A stretch of DNA of 64,000 bases from assembly GCF_963921235.1 (NCBI RefSeq), contig NC_086097.1:69008001-69072000 (forward strand). The letters are read 5' to 3'. Source of the DNA: Mobula hypostoma. Lineage: Eukaryota. The notes beneath the pieces are model-generated. The model saw nothing but the letters and a program-made list of their open reading frames with translations, ran no database searches and was not told where the DNA came from. A program made the position numbers and the translations under genes. Shown here piece by piece: positions 61,664 through 64,000 of the stretch (positions are counted from its first letter, which is position 1; the number at the start of each line of letters is the position of its first letter).

Positions 61664-62432
61664 AAAATACCTCAAGAATAACGGCCATCATCATGCTTCT
61701 AAACGTAGAGCAGTTCTTTCTACTTTGATTAACTGTGCGAAAACTATTTCAGTCTCCCCAAGGAAATAAAATGATTACGCATGACGTTCCTACGGAATGG
61801 CTACAAGGTGAAGGAAATCAACTGGGCCCTTAAAAGGGACGATGGAAAAACTAGGAAATATAACAACGAGGAGAAACCTGTCGTTACCGCCTATCTTCCC
61901 CATATTTCCATGGTTTCCAGAACGATCACCAGGATCCTTAAGGAATACTGGATTAATACCATCCACAAACCCATAAGGAAGTTCAAATCACAGCTTATGT
62001 GGGTCAAAGATCTCCTGGGACTCAGGTTGGCTGGCGTATGCAGGATTCCCTGTGAATGCAGAGCAACGTATATCAGCCAGATGGGATGCCCCATGGAAAC
62101 TCGCATTTAGGATCACCGGACATGTATCCGTTTGGGTTACCCGTAGAAATCAGCAGCAGCAAAACATTCCACTCCCAGTGGCCATAGGATTGACTTCAAT
62201 GGCACAAATCGTACCACACCAATGACTTTTTGGACCATCTGCTGAAGGAAGTTATTGAAATAAAAGCAGAGGAAAAGAATTTTAACAAAGACAAAGGTCT
62301 CACTCTAAGTAAGATCTGGAATTCAATTATAAACGAGGTGGGAGAGCAGAAACCAGATTGGATGAGGACTAACCAATCAGGAGGGATGGACTACAGGGGT
62401 ATAAATACCACCAGCCTAGACATGTTCAAGCA

Positions 62433-62480
62433 TCATCTCTGATGAAGATGGCAGAGTTTGGCATCGAAACATTAGTAATA
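62433..62480 (+). ncRNA. Hammerhead ribozyme motif, degenerate (Poseidon-type PLE)
   Basis: CTGATGA-a-gatggcag-agt-ttggcatc-GAAAC-ATT. Confidence 0.5.
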
Positions 62481-63404
62481 ATCGATATCTGTACTCGGGT
62501 GGAAGCCCAAGAAGAGCTTATTCGTCATACATGCCGAGAAAGCACGAGATCCTTTTGAAGTATTATCTTTCAAATACAATAGCGAGGAGTAGAATGTCCA
62601 TAGGTATACAGAAAATAAACCCAAAACAAGGATTTAATTTAAAGCAAAGGTCCACAGCTGTAAGAACCAAGTGAAGGATGGATGACAGAATGTATTTCTT
62701 TCAGATAGAAAATGGTCAACAGCTGGAGTGGACTATTGGAAGGATGGCTGAGTATTTTTAATTTCCTTTAATGGATACATTTTTCTTCACTTAATTGTGC
62801 TATTATTAGCAGATTGTATCTTTGGCCAAAGATTCATAATAATATCTCCCATGATAAAATCTCATGACACAATTACTTTTCCACTTGTACATCAATGGGA
62901 ACACAACAAATGTTAGCAAATATTTATAGATTGTTGGAGAAAGAAAGATAATGTAACAGGCTTCAATTAACTTGGTGTTGATTAAAATTATGGACTTCAA
63001 ATATAAATCCACATTCAGCAAACACTTGTTAGCATGATAAACACATAAATAATAAGATAACTGAACAGGAACATTGCAATCCTGAAATTAACATGAAAAT
63101 CAAGAAATGCAAATTGTTTTCAACACTATGGAGTAAATTATAATTCACTATGCAATTGAAACAGAAGACAGGCAAACCCCATTCTGCAGGAACAAATTAT
63201 GTCTTGACATTTTATGGACACTTTACTCAAAAGTTCCATTATTTCAACGGATATAATTATTTTGTCCATAACTCTGGCCTTTTCTTTAGGTATCCAAGGC
63301 AGCAGCTGCCAGTCTCACTCCAAGTGGTTCTTTTTAAACAAAAGATTTTACAAAATATTAATTTGTTTTGCGTATCTTTCATTGTTGATGAATTTCTGGT
63401 GGAT

Positions 63405-63790
63405 TTCCTCCTTCGGTTAAATTTGAAGATACCTGGAAACCGTTTATGCAACATTTTCCAAATCTTTTTTCTAAAATTATATGATGAGAGGAGCGGAGTT
63501 AGTGACATTATGGATCATGTTTGATACAAGTTGTTGGTCTAGCCCTGTTTTGCCTTTTTTTAGGTTTTTTTTTTCTTTTTCTTTTGGGTTTTTTTTTGTT
63601 TATATATATTTTTTTATTTCTTTGTCATGTTTAATCTCATTATGAGTTTGGAAGTCTTTTATTTCTATGTTACTTAAAATTCATTTTATATATGCTGATG
63701 AACATTTTTCCAATCTCTTTGTACCAACTTTGTTATTGAGTTTATAATTTTGAAAAATTAATAAAAAGATTTAAAAAGAAAATAGAAAGG
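63405..63790 (+). mobile_element. L1-type LINE extreme 3' end
   Basis: PSVKFEDTWKPFMQHF resembles an L1 ORF2 terminus; T-rich 3' UTR; AATAAA followed by an A-rich tail. Confidence 0.55.
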
Positions 63791-64000
63791 ATTTCCTGCT
63801 TTTATTTCAGTCAAGCTACTCCTGGGGAACTAGTTAAGCTAATGAAAAAAATTGCAGCATATACCTGTCTGTAAAAATTGATGCACAATACCTGGCCTGG
63901 ATTTTACAGCACTATCAAAAATGAAAAGGTGATATTCAGCAATACCACACTGCAATAATTTCTCAAGTGTGTACACACAAGTGCACTTTCACAAGTACTT

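Larger units (their letters stand above)
59013..62552 (+). mobile_element. Penelope/Poseidon-type PLE with ~700-bp inverted arm, interrupted by CR1
   Basis: Plus frame HLNSIYPNIQFTLEME..LPFLD..PDGSLG..KPTHMDL | YLKNNGHHH..RAVLSTL; GVCRIPCECRATYISQ. 59013-~59713 is inverted relative to ~61822-62524. 14-bp TSD with one mismatch, TTTTGAAATATTAT (58999-59012) / TTTTGAAGTATTAT (62553-62566). Confidence 0.9.

Noticed and set aside
168..63524. Numerous 60-170 aa ORFs in the supplied track
   Set aside because: Antisense or alternative frames of repeats, or random low-complexity frames without recognisable domains.

Overview
Repeat-rich vertebrate genomic DNA, most likely from a cartilaginous fish (shark or ray), judging by the repeat families. 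One host-gene exon is recognisable: the first coding exon of AKAP6 (mAKAP) on the minus strand (ATG 52753, splice donor after 52442). The next AKAP6 exon was not found, so 1-52441 is read as one long intron. The rest is layered transposon debris: CR1, Rex1/Babar, Tx1 and L1 LINEs, SINEs, Gypsy-type LTRs, a Tigger-like MITE and many Penelope-like elements (PLEs) of two lineages. The most notable structure is a set of PLEs built as inverted (fold-back) units flanked by 10-14 bp target-site duplications. They carry minimal hammerhead-ribozyme motifs (CTGANGA...GAAACGTY) on both strands, and one is a 613-bp non-coding fold-back made almost entirely of two ribozyme-bearing arms. Several nested insertions can be ordered directly from the sequence. 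All family assignments are by eye from remembered motifs; no database searches were run, and boundaries of degenerate elements are approximate.
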